Shown: one piece after another, positions 14,793 through 28,335 of the stretch
Layout of the letters: each line of letters opens with the position of its first letter
Numbering within the stretch: the stretch's first letter is position 1
NCBI GenBank assembly: GCA_964016885.1
Contig: OZ024742.1
Span: forward strand, 356,624,001-356,688,000
Reading direction: 5' to 3'
DNA length: 64,000 bases
Source: Eledone cirrhosa
Taxonomy: Eukaryota
The notes under the pieces: generated by a model
Seen by the model: only the letters and a program-made list of their open reading frames with translations
Told to the model about the DNA's origin: nothing
Database searches by the model: none
Translations under genes and position numbers: made by a program

Positions 14793-16917
14793 AGAAACAA
14801 CATCTGAATATTTCTACAAAGAACATACCCGTACCAAGCAGGAAAACATACCTAAAACTCCTGATACAGAAAACAGACGCGTTCGTTAAAAGATTGCGTT
14901 GGCGTGCCTTTTATTTCGAAAATCCGCGAAAAGCAGACAACAAACAAGATAAATTTGGATTTAAAACCTATAATAACCCTCCGTGGAACCCAGCATTGCT
15001 ACCCTTCGAAAATGATGTCTTGGAACTCATTCGGAGTATCAAATTTCGGAATAGGAGCAATTCCTTCCAGCAAGACCTGAAGAATAGAATTCGTTCTATT
15101 AAGGATTCTAACGCCGTGCACGTCCATTCCGACAAAACTGGCAACCTATATCAAGTGGAGCGCAGTACTTACCATCAACTACTACATAATGCTGTAACTA
15201 AGGATTACCGTAAAACTAATCGGTGTGCCATCAATGAAATCAACGATGCTGGGTTTAAAATCACATCAGATCTCAACATCATGGACCGGACCGAACCTCT
15301 GGACCCTATCTCTCCCCACTTTACCCTGAAGGATCACAAATCCAATTTTCCGAACAACCCCTCTATTCGGCTTATTAACCCTACGAAGTCCGATTTAGGT
15401 AGACTTAGCAAAACGATTCTTGATAGAATTATACCTGAATTTAGAAGTTTGGCCCCTCTCGCACTGTGGGACAATTCCTTCGCGGTGATTGATTGGTTCT
15501 ACAGCATATGTAACAAGGAACATTGCCGTTTTATCCAATTCGACATCAACAATTACTACTCCTCCATCACTTTACCACTTCTCCTTAGAGCTATCAATTT
15601 CGCTAAAACACTCAGTGGTTAAGGATTTCGAAGTTGATGCCATCCTTAATGCCCGAAAGTCGGTGATTAATTTCGACGACTCTATTTGGATTAAAAAATC
15701 CAATAGCACCCCATTCGACGTGAGTATGGGCGCCAGTGACTCTGCGGAGGTTACTGATCTTATTGGCCTTTTCCTTCTTTTCTCTATCAAGGACGAATTC
15801 CCCAACGCGGACGGTGGTTTGTACCGTGACGATGGTCTTTTGACCATGACTAAGTGCGGATCTCGTGCTTGCGACAGGTTCAGAAAAGAACTCACAGCCT
15901 TCTTTAAAGGCTTCAACCTCTGTATACAGGTTGAGGCCAATCTCTCAGTCGTTAATTATCTCGACGTTACCCTCAATTTATTGAATGGGTTGTATTACCC
16001 GTATAGAAAGCCGAATGATACGCTTAATTACATAAGTAAATATTCCAACCATCCTGCCAGCATAACCAAGAACCTGGTAAAAAAACGTTTCGTTGAGGCT
16101 TTCCCGTCTTTCCAGCAACGAGCGCATTTTCAACGACCATTCCACTTATTACAATGAAGCTCTTGCTCGAAGTGGATTTGTCGATAAAGTAGCTTATACA
16201 GAGTACGAAAATAGACCTAGAAGAAATAGATCCCGTCGCATTTGTTGGTTTAACCCACCATATAATATGGAGGTGGCCACACCATTATCTAAGATCTTTC
16301 TTTCCCTTATTACGAAGCATTTTCCCCCTACACATAAATATAGTAAAATTTTTAATAGAAATACTATTAAAATTTCTTACTCTACGACTCCTAACCTTTC
16401 ACATAACATCACAGCTTCAAATTTAGCTAAACTACCTAGTCGTAGGAACACGTGCAACCCTGTAGTTAGTACAAACTGTAATTGTAGGAATCGGGCTGAT
16501 TGCCCCCTATCCGGGAAATGTCTCTCTAGTAACATTGTCTACAAATGTAAGGTTGTAACACCTACGTCCCGTAGGGCCTACATAGGGTTAACCGCCAATA
16601 GTTTCAAGCAGCGTCTGTACATGCATACCCATTCTTTTCGTTACCCTCTAAGAAGGAATATGACGTCACTTTCAGCTTATATCTGGAGTCTAAAAGACAA
16701 CCACACCCAATATAAGTTACAGTGGGAGATCCTAGTTAGGGCTAGATCGTATTACGGAAATAAAAGACCATGTGACCCCTGCGCCGCTGAGGCCCTGGAA
16801 ATACTCTACGCCACAGACCACATCTTAAACAAAAAATCCGAGGCAATTTCGGCTTGTAAACATAAATTGCACAAAACTTTCCTGTATTACAGCCCCACGA
16901 TATACCTCAACGGATAG
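14793..16917 (+). pseudogene. PLE polyprotein (RT + Cys-rich linker + GIY-YIG endonuclease) with two frameshifts (near 15616 and in an A-run near 16080)
   Basis: STKNIPVPS, SDKTGNLY, TLKDHK..RLINPTKS, FIQFDI..YYSSI, MGA, GLYRDDG, NYLDV, WFNPPY, CNC..CP..C, YIGLT..FKQR. Confidence 0.92.
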
Positions 16918-17835
16918 CACGATCTATACGTGGATATTTTACATCTTGATGCGGGAGCTAAGTATATGTTTTGTTTATTTCTTTACTTATTTGCATAGGT
17001 AAGTATATATTACCCGTATGTTTTGTGAAGGTATGTATACCTTCTCGTACGTATATTTGACTGTTATGGCGTATAATTTTTACATATTCTGGTATTTAGG
17101 GTTTGGCTATGTGTATACGGGAGTTTTGCGTCTGCGTGAGTATGCAGGTTCGTACGTATGGTGGGTGTGTGTATATGTGTACTTCTTGTTTTAGTTGACT
17201 TACGTCTCCGAACATTCGTGTATTTATTTGTAGGTATGTGCGTGCGCTTGTTATATACGTATTTATTTACTTATATACGTTTATATAATTATTTATTTAT
17301 TTGTACACAAGCATACACACACACACATATTTATATGTGCGTGGTTTCGTATACCTATGGTAAGGTTTTGCGGATGCTTGTGTATGTACGTATCTGTTTG
17401 CGTGTATGTATTTATTTGTTTCTATTACCTCAGTATTGTATATATGTACTTTGTTCTTAACTCTGTAGCGGAGATTCATTTGGTCTCCTAGTTAGTATTT
17501 TAGTCTACGACTTCTGCTATACCATTTACGTGGTTTTGTCTTTGCGTTCTATTGTTCTCCACGCTCCACATATAACTTATTATCTTCGTTTTTTCGTTCA
17601 TTGCCAGAGAACGTCTCTATGCACCACCTAAGAGAACATTAGTCTACGACCTCTTTTATACCATAAACGTGGTTTTGTCTTTGCGCGTAATTGTTTTTCA
17701 CCGCTCCTATTAATGACGTATTCGTTTTTTTCCCGTTCTTTGCCAGCGAACGTTTTCACGAACCAAAGTATCGTCTTCCTGTCTTCCTCCGGTTGCAACG
17801 TTTTTTGAAATATCCAGTTCTGCGTTTACAGATTG

Positions 17836-17886
17836 AGTTTCAGAAGATCCCGTTAAGGGTGAAAGCAGCGATTCTTTGCTTAAACT
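17836..17886 (+). ncRNA. Hammerhead-like motif with U4A core (CAGAAGA), family K
   Basis: AGUUU-CAGAAGA-u ccc guuaa ggg u-GAA-AGCA gcgauucuu UGCU-U-AAACU; copies at 3095-3145 (+) and 13325-13375 (-). Confidence 0.6.
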
Positions 17887-18439
17887 TTAATCTGTTATTT
17901 TAATAAATATTTGCTCTACGGTTTTTATATATTTGATATATATTTTCCTTATCGAGCCCTCTTTGGATTTTAGTCTTCAATTTTATTATTATTACTATAT
18001 ATATATATATATACATACATACCCTAAACGGACGGCAGTCCGTTTAGTAATATTGTTGTGGTCGTGTTTTCGTTGGCAATCGTCTGTTTACGACAGTACA
18101 GCGCGGCTTTGCTTTATTTAACTGAGATAAAACTTATATGAGCATGAACAGTAGATCATTACGCATCTTTTGGCTTAAAAATCTAGAAATTTGGTCCAGC
18201 GGGAAAAAGTTTATAATCAAAGTTTGCTGATAAATCTTGTGTTCAACCGAGTGAGTAGTAAGCGTGACGCTAGGGGAGGTAATCCAGAAATGACGTAGCT
18301 TTGTCATTAAGCCAGTTGCCTCAACTAGATTGCAATTATACTCAAAAGAACTTTAAAATGTCAATCACTTGTCAGTATTTCACTATGATCATTTAATTAT
18401 TAGATAGTTGTTGCTTGCATTGCCTTAAAAATTAGTAGA

Positions 18440-19495
18440 CCAGATAGAAAAATGCGTACAGCAAAAAAAAGTAATATTGTTGGAATATAAACCTTTAAAA
18501 ATACAGGACAAGAAACTAAAATAAAACTTTAAAAGAATAGAACAAGAAACTAAGATAAAACTTTAAAAGAATAGGATAAGAAACTAAGATAAAACTTTAA
18601 AGAATTGGACAAGAAAGAAAAAATTTTACAATAATATTAGTGGCAACATTTTTTTATTCGTTTCCTGTGCTATGCCCCAGTATCTTCTTGATTAGTGCAT
18701 AATAATTGTCATGCTCTCATTGTGCGTTGCCCCTGAGCGGTTGATTCAGGTTCGGGTTGGTTGGCTGAGCAGTTCTGCTCCGTCAGAATGACCATTGCAA
18801 GAAGAATTGGCCGATGCATCTGCAGGACTCCTCCAAGAATGCAGTTCTGGTCCCGCAACACCAGACAAAGATGGAGAAGACGACCGGGATAAGATGTCGA
18901 CTCTGACCACCGACTACGGCACCTCCCTCAACCACCGGTCCTTCCTCCCTCTGTCCCGTCATCCCTCCAGTCCTCCTGCTCCCCCTTCCTCTACCAGAAA
19001 GCTGTGGCCCGCATTCATCTGGACTGCCGGACTTGAACTCAAGGACAAGATGCAAGGAGAAGATGGACGGGTTGGTCAAGATCAAGGATGAGCGGGACGA
19101 CAAGACCGTCCGCTGCTGCTCAAGATCTGTGCTCATGGGCCCATGGGTCCATTCACATTATGCATGACACATGAGGCGTGTCGCCGAATGATGAAATAGG
19201 GGTATGGTTATGGCCCAATTGGTGTTCAAACCAGGATCAATTGATCCCCCGGTCTGACGACGACTTCTGAATGGGGAACCCAGAGCCTATGAATGTGGAA
19301 CTCGATTTTTTACCAATAAAAATGTTGCCACTAATATTATTGTAACATTTTTTATTTCTTGTCCAATTCTTTAAAGTTTTATTTTAGTTTCTTGTCCTAT
19401 TCTTTTAAAGTTTTATTTTAGTTTCTTGTCCTGTATTTTTAAAGGTTTATATTCCAACAATATTACTTTTTTTTGCTGTACGCATTTTTCTATCT

Positions 19496-19498
<3 letters not shown>
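18440..19498. mobile_element. Long-TIR (foldback/MITE-like) element with ~33-bp subterminal repeats and a GC-rich interior
   Basis: 18440-18652 is inverted at 19317-19498. Confidence 0.8.
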
Positions 19499-19532
<34 letters not shown>

Positions 19533-19647
19533 ATATATATGTACATGTATATGTATATTTCATCATCATTATCGTTTTACGTCCGCTTTTCCCTGCTTGC
19601 AAGGGTGGGAAGGGAACTGATGATGATAAATATATATACACACATAT

Positions 19648-19738
<91 letters not shown>

Positions 19739-19802
19739 TCAATACATACACATACACATAAATACACAAACACATATATACATATATATACATATATATA
19801 CA

Positions 19803-20850
19803 TATCATCATCATCACCGTTTTCCGTCCGTTCTTCCATGCTAGCAAGGGTTAGACGGGTTGTCCTGTTGTGAGCAGTGTCTGGTCGGCTGACCTTGCCT
19901 CGTTCGTACAGGAACTGATTTTGTCTTTATTTCTACAGCTGGATGCCCTTCCTAAAACGAACCTCATTTACAGTGAGTGCTGGGTGCTTTTTTCCGTGGC
20001 GCCTCCACGTCCACTTTACAGTGTGGGCTGGGTGCTTTTTTGCCGTGGCACCTCCACGACCACTTTGCAGTGGGAGGATGTGGCGGCATATTGTCTATAT
20101 ACTTCAGCTTGTACCCATGGGAGTTCGGGTACTCTGTATTACTGCATGATGCCAGAATTCACGGTCGTGTGTCATCGCCTTTGAGATGTGTAATTGGGTA
20201 AGGTCGGCTTTTATCACCTCATCCCAGGTCTTCTTGGGTCTCCCCATTCCGCGGATTCCATTGACTTCTAGTGCTCTGCACCTTTTAATGCAGCTGTCAT
20301 CCTTCATACGCATCACATGTCGATACCAACGCAACCGCCTCTCCTGCACACATCATTTGATTCCTCATATGCTCAGTCTCTCTCTCTCAATTCTTTTATG
20401 CTTTGCCGTTTGCGTATATTACTATTACACATCCATCGGGGCATGCAAGCTTCGTTTCTTTCTAACCTACGTAAGTCTTCCACCTTCAGCGCCCAGGTCT
20501 CACTACCATGCAACATCGCTATTCGGATACACGCATCATACAGTCTGCCTTTCATTCTGAGGGAGAAGCCTTTTGCAGCTAGCAGTGGTAGTAGTTCCCT
20601 AAACTTCATCCATCCCGTTCTTACCCTAGTTATTGTACTTTCTGAACACCCACCTCCGCTGCTAATTCGGTCACCTAGGTAGCAGAAGCTGTCTACTTTT
20701 TCTACAGAGCCCTCCCACAGATTGCTGGTACTTCTTTCCTGTGGCTGTTTGCTGTTTGCTGTCCCAGCACAGCTGCTACAAGTGAAGCCTACATTCTTAA
20801 TGAAGCTTCCTGAGATCCCGCTACATCTCTTGTGTACCCATTATTTGCAT
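19803..20850 (-). mobile_element. RTE LINE 3' portion
   Basis: KFRELLPLL..MLHGSETW..RRLRW..GRPKKTW and (GAT)n tail on -. Confidence 0.92.
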
Positions 20851-20866
20851 TTGGCAGAGAATGGGG

Positions 20867-20921
<55 letters not shown>

Positions 20922-21129
20922 CACACACATACACATATATATACACACACTTACATACACACTACACACACATACATACACACATATATACACGCATACA
21001 TACACACACACCTACATACGCACACACAATTAATTATAAGAAAAAATAAAAAACAATGAACAAACATATAATGTAATAGGCCGTCACATAAAAATAAAAA
21101 ATATACGACTTAAGAAAATAAATCGTACG

Positions 21130-21564
21130 AGAATAAATCCAGGATGCAGTTGCAGAAAGCCGGATGAATGCCCATTACAGGGCAAATGTAATACCAAATC
21201 CGTTGTATATGAGGCCAAAGTGACACCTTTGATTAACAGGAGTGAACGATATGTTGGCATGACTCATGACAGATTCAAAACCAGGTTTTATGCACCTGTC
21301 GCTTCTTTTAAACACTCTGATAAAAGAACAGCAACGGCTTTCGCAAATAAGGTGTGGGAATTCAAAGATAAAAACATCCAGTACTCTATCGATTGGTCTA
21401 TTTTAGACCATTCGAGGGAATACCAAAGGGCCACAAAGAATTGTTCTTTGTGTACCACTGAAAAATTTAGAATTCTACAAAACTTGAAAGCCACTTCAAC
21501 TTGGCTGAACTCCAAGTCTGAGAACGTCAGATGTTGTCCTCACCTGAAATCACATCTGCTCTGA
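21130..21564 (+). pseudogene. Naiad-type PLE GIY-YIG C-terminal fragment
   Basis: CSCRKPDECPLQGKC..VVYEAKV..YVGMT..FKTRF..CSLCTTEK..LNSKSE..CPH. Confidence 0.88.
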
Positions 21565-21892
21565 AACTGGATTGACATTCCTACGATGACTCAACCATCT
21601 TGAACTTCTTCTCTGCTCTTTACGCCTTACATCCACTACGATTTTTATTACTCTCTGAACTCACTGTCTGTACCCTTATATTATTTTTCTCCCTTATCTC
21701 TCCTTATATTTAAACTTTTTCCTATGTTATTTATTTTTCTTATTCCCCCTACTTTCTACTTCACCCTTTACATACCCAACTTTTATATTTAAAGATATTT
21801 ATTTCTGTATGTATGTATGTGTTGTGTATATGTATATATATATATGTATGTATATATGTGTATATAATTATATATATCTGTATGTGTATGTA

Positions 21893-21961
<69 letters not shown>

Positions 21962-22102
21962 TTATATGTGTGTGTATTTTTATTATGGTGGTGACGTAAC
22001 TTTGTGTATATATCTGTGTGTGTATATTAGTGTGTGTGTGTATATATATATGTATATAATAGCCGTCGAAACGGCTTGAGCTCTGTTGTCGGGATCATAC
22101 AT

Positions 22103-22176
<74 letters not shown>

Positions 22177-22474
22177 GTATATATATATATTTGTATGGTT
22201 GTGTGTGTGTGTGTGTGTGTGTGTATGTATATATGTGTATGTATATGCATAATTACATACAGAGTGATTTAATTTTAATTTCATTCATTATTTGCTCAAG
22301 AAATTTGTTGCGTGCTCTAAATCAGCTGTATACATTTATACCTTTATTTATTTATTTATTATTTATCTTATTCCCAACTTTTTGTTTACCTCTAACACCT
22401 TTTTATTTTTATATATATATAATATTTTTGTATTTTCTTATATATATATATATATATGTATATTTTTGTATTTT

Positions 22475-22552
<78 letters not shown>

Positions 22553-22554
<2 letters not shown>

Positions 22555-23028
22555 AGGAATTAAAAACAACAGAAAGATGCAGTAAAAGAGATTTATTCGG
22601 TTCTTACGTACGTTTCAATAGACATCAATTTGCCTAGATCTCACTACATCTATAATATTATATATCTAGTAGAGCATTCGATATCCAATGCACAATCCAT
22701 CACATATCATCAGAGATGAATATCTCTGATGATATGGGATCGATTGTGCATTGGATATCGAATGCTCTACTAAATATATAATATTATAGATGTAGCGAGA
22801 TCTAGGCAAATTGATGTCTATTGAAACGTACGTAAGAACCGAATAAATCTCTTTTACTGCATCTTTCTGTTCTTTTTAATTCCTTATACACGCCCCGGAA
22901 TATAGCTAAACTGGAATATACACCTTTTTTCTGCATTTCTTTGAGCACCACTCTGTTGTAAGCTGACATTCCACTACACGGTACATAACACTGTGTCCTG
23001 GAAAACATTAATGCACTCGTGCATAACC

Positions 23029-23030
<2 letters not shown>
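22553..23030 (+). mobile_element. Fold-back HHR element, family I (arms 22553-22717 and 22722-22888)
   Basis: Palindrome centred on gaat 22718-22721; HHR 22723-22837: UCU-CUGAUGA..GAAAC guac GUA-AGA. Confidence 0.85.
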
Positions 23031-23114
<84 letters not shown>

Positions 23115-23367
23115 GTATATGTGTGTGTGTATGTATATATTTATATGTATCGATGCATATGTGTAGATGTATGTATTTCTTACCACGTGTGTTTGTTTAT
23201 TTTTATGTGACGGCCTATAGCATTATGTGTTTGTTCATTTTTTTAAATAAAATTAATTGTGTGAGTGCGTATGTAGGTGTGTGTGTATATATATCTATAT
23301 ATGTGTGTGTGCGTATGTATGCGTGTATATATGTGTATGTATGTACGTGTGTGTATGTATATGTGTA

Positions 23368-23471
<104 letters not shown>

Positions 23472-23531
23472 TGTATGTATGTGTATATATGTGTGTGTGT
23501 ATATATATATATATGTATGTATGTGTATATA

Positions 23532-23582
<51 letters not shown>

Positions 23583-23660
23583 AGGAGGTGAGTTTCATTG
23601 TAGTACAATAAAGCAATGCAGATATTGGATAAGAACCACTCTACAGTTTGTAGGACTGGA

Positions 23661-23726
<66 letters not shown>

Positions 23727-23727
23727 A

Positions 23728-23779
<52 letters not shown>

Positions 23780-23783
<4 letters not shown>

Positions 23784-25440
23784 GGAAAAATTTGAACAGG
23801 AACAAAACAGAGAGGCAGTACAACGAATGTTTATTAATTTCACGCTCTGGAGAGTGGGGTGGTGGTGGGGAACGACGTTTCGGGCATAAGCCCTTCCTCA
23901 GGTGAGAAGTGTGTGGGAACAGAGTTCAAAGGGTGTGTAGGGGAGTGGTGGAGAGACATATAGCGAAAGGAAACGGTGCGAATGAAAATAAAAATAAAAA
24001 TAAAGCATGATCAAAATAAAAGGAATGAAATAAAAATAAACATAAAAGCATGTTCAAAATAAACTGAAATTAAAAAGGGGTAAAACAGGTGGTGGGAGGG
24101 TGTGGGATGTGAAGGGGTGGTGGAGTGGGGAGAGGGAGACGGGGTGTCCGAGCGGGGAGGGCTGAAGGTGGTGTGTGTAGGTGTACGTGTGTGTGTGTGT
24201 GTGTGTATGTGAAAGTAAGGGTTGGGGGAAGAACGGGGTTGCATGTTCAGAAAGAGGTGTGTGTGGGGGGGTTGTAGGTCGGAGTGTCTGTGCGTGTGTG
24301 GATAGAGGGTGGGGGGAGAGGAATCAGGAGGCTGAGGGTGTAAATATGTGGTGGAAAGCACGTGTGTGTGGGGGTTTAAGTGTGTTGTGGTTGTAGGTGG
24401 CGTGTGGGAAAAGAAACATTTTTTGGGTGTGTGTGTGTGGGTGAGTTATATAAGTGATTCCGTAAGAGGATGGTTGAAATGTTGGTAAATTCCTATGATG
24501 TTTAGTAGATTCCGTGATGGTCAAGTTCCACATACGAGTATTCCATGAAGAGATGGTCGGAAGAGGAGAGATGTGGGGTGCGCGCGCAACAGGAAGTGGT
24601 CAAGCGGTGGGAGTGCTGTGTGTCTGTTGTGCTGGGAGGTGGTCAGAGGGCATAGCAGCAGTCAGGTGGAATGGTAAAGGGGCGAGGATGGGTAGGTGTG
24701 AAAGTTGGAGTGAGGAGGGTGTGTGTGTGTGTTAGTAGAGGTGTTAGTGGGATGAGTGAGTGTGGAGCGAGGGTCTGGGTGGTGTAGTTCTATGGAGGGA
24801 GTGTGGTGTACTGGTGTGTGTGTAGTTTGATGAAGGGGGTGTTAGTGGGTGTTAGTGTACGGGAGGTAGGGAAAGGGTTGAATGCAGGTGTGAGTGGGGG
24901 TTAGTGGTGGTAGGGTGTGTAGAGTTGGTGGTGTACGAGGGTGTGTGGGTACGTGTGCGTGGGGTTGGGGGTGTTAGTGATGTTAGTTGCGTGTGGGGTG
25001 GGTGGTGTAAGTAGGTGCGTGTGTTCGTGTGCTTGGGGTAAGGGGGTGTTAGTGAGGTTAGTTGCGGGGTGGTGGGATGGAGGTGTGGGGGTGAGGGTTA
25101 GTGGTGGTAGTAGGGTGTGTGTTTAGTGTGAGCGCGTGTATATATGTGCCGGTGGGTGTGTGCGTGTGATAAGGAGGGGGAGGAGAAGAAGGGAGGGATG
25201 TTAGTATGTTAGTTGGGTAAGGGTGGTCGGATGAGAGGTGGAGTGGAGGTGTTAGTATTCTTAGTTGTGGGGTGGGCGGTGAAAAGGAGGGGTGTGTTAG
25301 TGGTGTTAGTGGGGGATAAGTGTGGGGGAGGGGGAGTGGGGGGGTCGAAGGCTAAAGGAATAAGGGTGGGGGGAATGTGGGTCTGTAAGATGAAGATAGT
25401 TCTTTGTTCGACTCTAAGGCGATTGGAAGGTGTTCCGTGG
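23780..25440 (-). mobile_element. 3' end of a non-Naiad PLE: GIY-YIG tail, long C/A-rich 3' UTR and terminal HHR (23872-23903)
   Basis: RLRVEQRTIFILQTHIP on - near 25370-25420; CUGAGGA-a-GGGC uuau GCCC-GAAAC-GUC. Confidence 0.7.
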
Positions 25441-25576
25441 CATGTATATGTGTGTGTGTGTTTATCTACTTTTATATTTATTATTTTTCCTTTCCTTCTT
25501 CCTTTTCCAGCCTCACTTTCGTATAGATTATATTTTTGTTTTTAAAATCCACTGTCAATAAATACACCAGGATTTA

Positions 25577-25635
25577 TTCATTCTGATGACTGAAAGCAAA
25601 TTTTTCTTGCTTTCAAGAAACCACTTGTAAATGAA
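25577..25635 (+). ncRNA. Type I hammerhead ribozyme, family M
   Basis: UUCAUU-CUGAUGA-c[ugaaagcaa..uugcuuuca]a-GAAAC cacuu GUA-AAUGAA. Confidence 0.82.
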
Positions 25636-25678
25636 ATATTTATCTTATTTTGTTTATTACATAACTATATATATATAT

Positions 25679-25785
<107 letters not shown>

Positions 25786-25877
25786 CATGTATATATATAT
25801 ATATACATATATATATACATATATATATATACATACACACAGAGATATATAAATATATATATATACATATATATATG

Positions 25878-25989
<112 letters not shown>

Positions 25990-26050
25990 CACATATGTAT
26001 ATATATATATGTATGTATATATATAGACATGTGTATGTCTATATATATAT

Positions 26051-26093
<43 letters not shown>

Positions 26094-26134
26094 CGAAACA
26101 TAAGTCAATTGCATGAACTCATAATCCTTTATTT

Positions 26135-26190
26135 ACTGCTATATATATTTCGATGATAGCCATTGAAAGGCTATGACCTCATCAGGCAGT
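26135..26190 (-). ncRNA. Type I hammerhead ribozyme, family A
   Basis: ACUGC-CUGAUGA-ggucauagcc uuucaau ggcuaucauc-GAAA-UAUAU-AUA-GCAGU; stem II covaries with the 6681 copy. Confidence 0.87.
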
Positions 26191-26256
26191 TAGTCAGTTC
26201 TTAGATATGCCAGCTATGTTGTTTATGGTGTTGATGGTATCAGAGACTTGGGACAT

Positions 26257-26334
<78 letters not shown>

Positions 26335-26927
26335 TGGCTGCCAACTCGCTTTCGAGTACGGCCAATACTTTATATCCATGTAGGAGAACCCCTACCGATG
26401 CGCTGAACGAGTGTGACTTTTTAGTCCAGCCAGCGACTTGAAAGCTCTGGTACAAACTCTACACATGCGACAATTATTGACACATAGTGCTAGGCCCATG
26501 GTACCCTGTGACGACAAGTGCAGAGAGATCTCCAGATATATAGCAATGCCTGTGCCGTGAAGCTTTTATAGTGAGCAAAGGCACTGCACAAAGCCAGTCC
26601 CACTCTCTTAACCAAGATGATATTTACCAAAAAGAAGAACAAGTCAACATCATTGGATACCATCAGGATTGCAGGTGTTATATCAGAGTTTTCCTTCTCC
26701 TAGAATTATGCCTTGACAAAGACTTAGGGGTCATATCTCCCGGTGATTTTGGATGGCCATTGACTCTTAAGAGCTCCTTTGCCCTTTGACAGGTTTTGTT
26801 TTTAGTCCTGCAAGATGTCCAAAGTCACACTCCTCACCAAGAAACCTTGGTGGGGTTACCAATTTAGTCGCCAACGACCCGACCATGAGACAGGTTGTAT
26901 ACATACATACATACATACATACATACA

Positions 26928-26957
<30 letters not shown>

Positions 26958-26960
<3 letters not shown>

Positions 26961-27155
26961 GAAGGGACACTGAAGAGTTCCTGGATTTAAGGGTGTTATG
27001 AAAGGGTAGAGCTGTTACCTTTACAGAAGAGGTAGAACCGCTGCAATAAGCGTGTGAATCTGCGAGGGAAATATGTTGAATAAAATCATAATTAACTTAT
27101 CTTTCTGTATTTTCTTTTAGCCAAAGCCAGGAACGTTTGAGCAAGCACCCCTCAT
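26958..27155. mobile_element. Degenerate Tc1/mariner non-autonomous remnant
   Basis: TIR-like ends tatgaagggacactgaagagttcctgg / ccaggaacgtttgagcaagcacccctcata; mariner-type gggaaatatgttgaataaa segment. Confidence 0.6.
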
Positions 27156-27274
27156 AATTACATATATATTATACAAATATACTTATATATATTACTAGTA
27201 CAGATTAATGTTTAAGCAAAGAATTTCTACTTTCACCCTATATGGGATCTTTGTATTTATTATTACTATATTTT

Positions 27275-28335
27275 AAAAGTGCAGGGCGATTAAAATAGAT
27301 GGAAGCTACGGAGTAGGTAGACCCAGAAAAACCTGGGATGAATTGATAAATTCTGACCTTACACACTTACACCTCTCCAAGACAATGTCACTGGACCGAG
27401 ATCTTTGGCGCTACGCAGTAATACAGAAGACCTGCCTTGCTTAAGTACAAAGCGAAACCTACAGTCAGTAGGCTCCTCCAAACCAGTAATACCCCCCCCT
27501 CCTACTACCCCCCCCACTACCCCCCCCCAACCCATCTACACCTAAAGTTATGTCGGTGCTACAACATCCAGTCCGAAATAAATGAGGTCGTGTAGGTGTC
27601 ATGACAAAAAAACACACAGTCCACGCTGTAATGTGGCCGTGTAGGTAACACGGTAAAAACCTCCCAGTCCACACTGTAAACGTGGTTGGTGTTAGGAAGG
27701 GCATCCAGCTGTAGAAAACCCGCCAGACAGTCCTGAGCAAGACAACCAATCTTCTGTCACGTGAGACAACTCCCGTCTAAACCGATGCTAGCGTGGAAGA
27801 TAGACGTTAAACGACGATGATGACGATATATCATCATCATTGTCATTTAATGTCTATCTTCCAAGCTAGCATAGGTTAGATAGACATTGTCCCTCTTGAG
27901 GCAAGATTGATCCGGTGACCGTGTCTCACTCATATAGGACTATCTGGCAGGTTTTCTACACCAACCTCATTTACAACCTTGCTGACTGTTTCTTTATACA
28001 TGGCTTGTATAGCTCTCACAAGCCATTCATCTACTCCTTGTTTTCGAAGGGCCCACCAGATAATGGAGTGGGGGACTCTGTCAAAAGCTTTCTCCAAGTC
28101 AGAAAAAGCTAACTAGAGGCGTTTACTTTTAGCTAGGTACTTCTCCTATAGTTGCCATACAAGGAAAAGAGCACCCATAGTACTTTTACCTGGCACAGAC
28201 TCAAACTGCATTTCATCCTGATCAATTCGATCTCTGATTAGTTGCGCTATAACTCTCTCTGTGACCTTCATGACCTGTTCAACTAACTTAATGCCTGCAT
28301 AGTTTCCCCTATCTAGAGCATTCCCTTTTACCCTT
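27275..28335. mobile_element. Cluster of RTE LINE fragments (3' end on +; tail and RT pieces on -)
   Basis: Homology to 57225-57560 and 58495-59050. Confidence 0.85.

Larger units (their letters stand above)
13305..17998 (+). mobile_element. Naiad-type Penelope-like element with a ~1.4-kb inverted copy of its 3' end at the 5' side
   Basis: 13305-14786 is the reverse complement of about 16510-17910; both ends lie in (TA)n. Confidence 0.93.

Noticed and set aside
14793-16917. Selenoprotein-type Naiad (in-frame UGA plus SECIS)
   Set aside because: No in-frame UGA seen in the reconstructed ORF and no convincing SECIS by eye; a SECISearch run would settle it.
18505-18616. ~33-bp repeats as a CRISPR array
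   Set aside because: Contiguous with no unique spacers; part of a TIR in eukaryotic DNA.
23905-25375. G/T-rich tract as telomeric repeats
   Set aside because: No regular TTAGGG array; it lies between a GIY-YIG tail and an HHR, consistent with a PLE 3' UTR.
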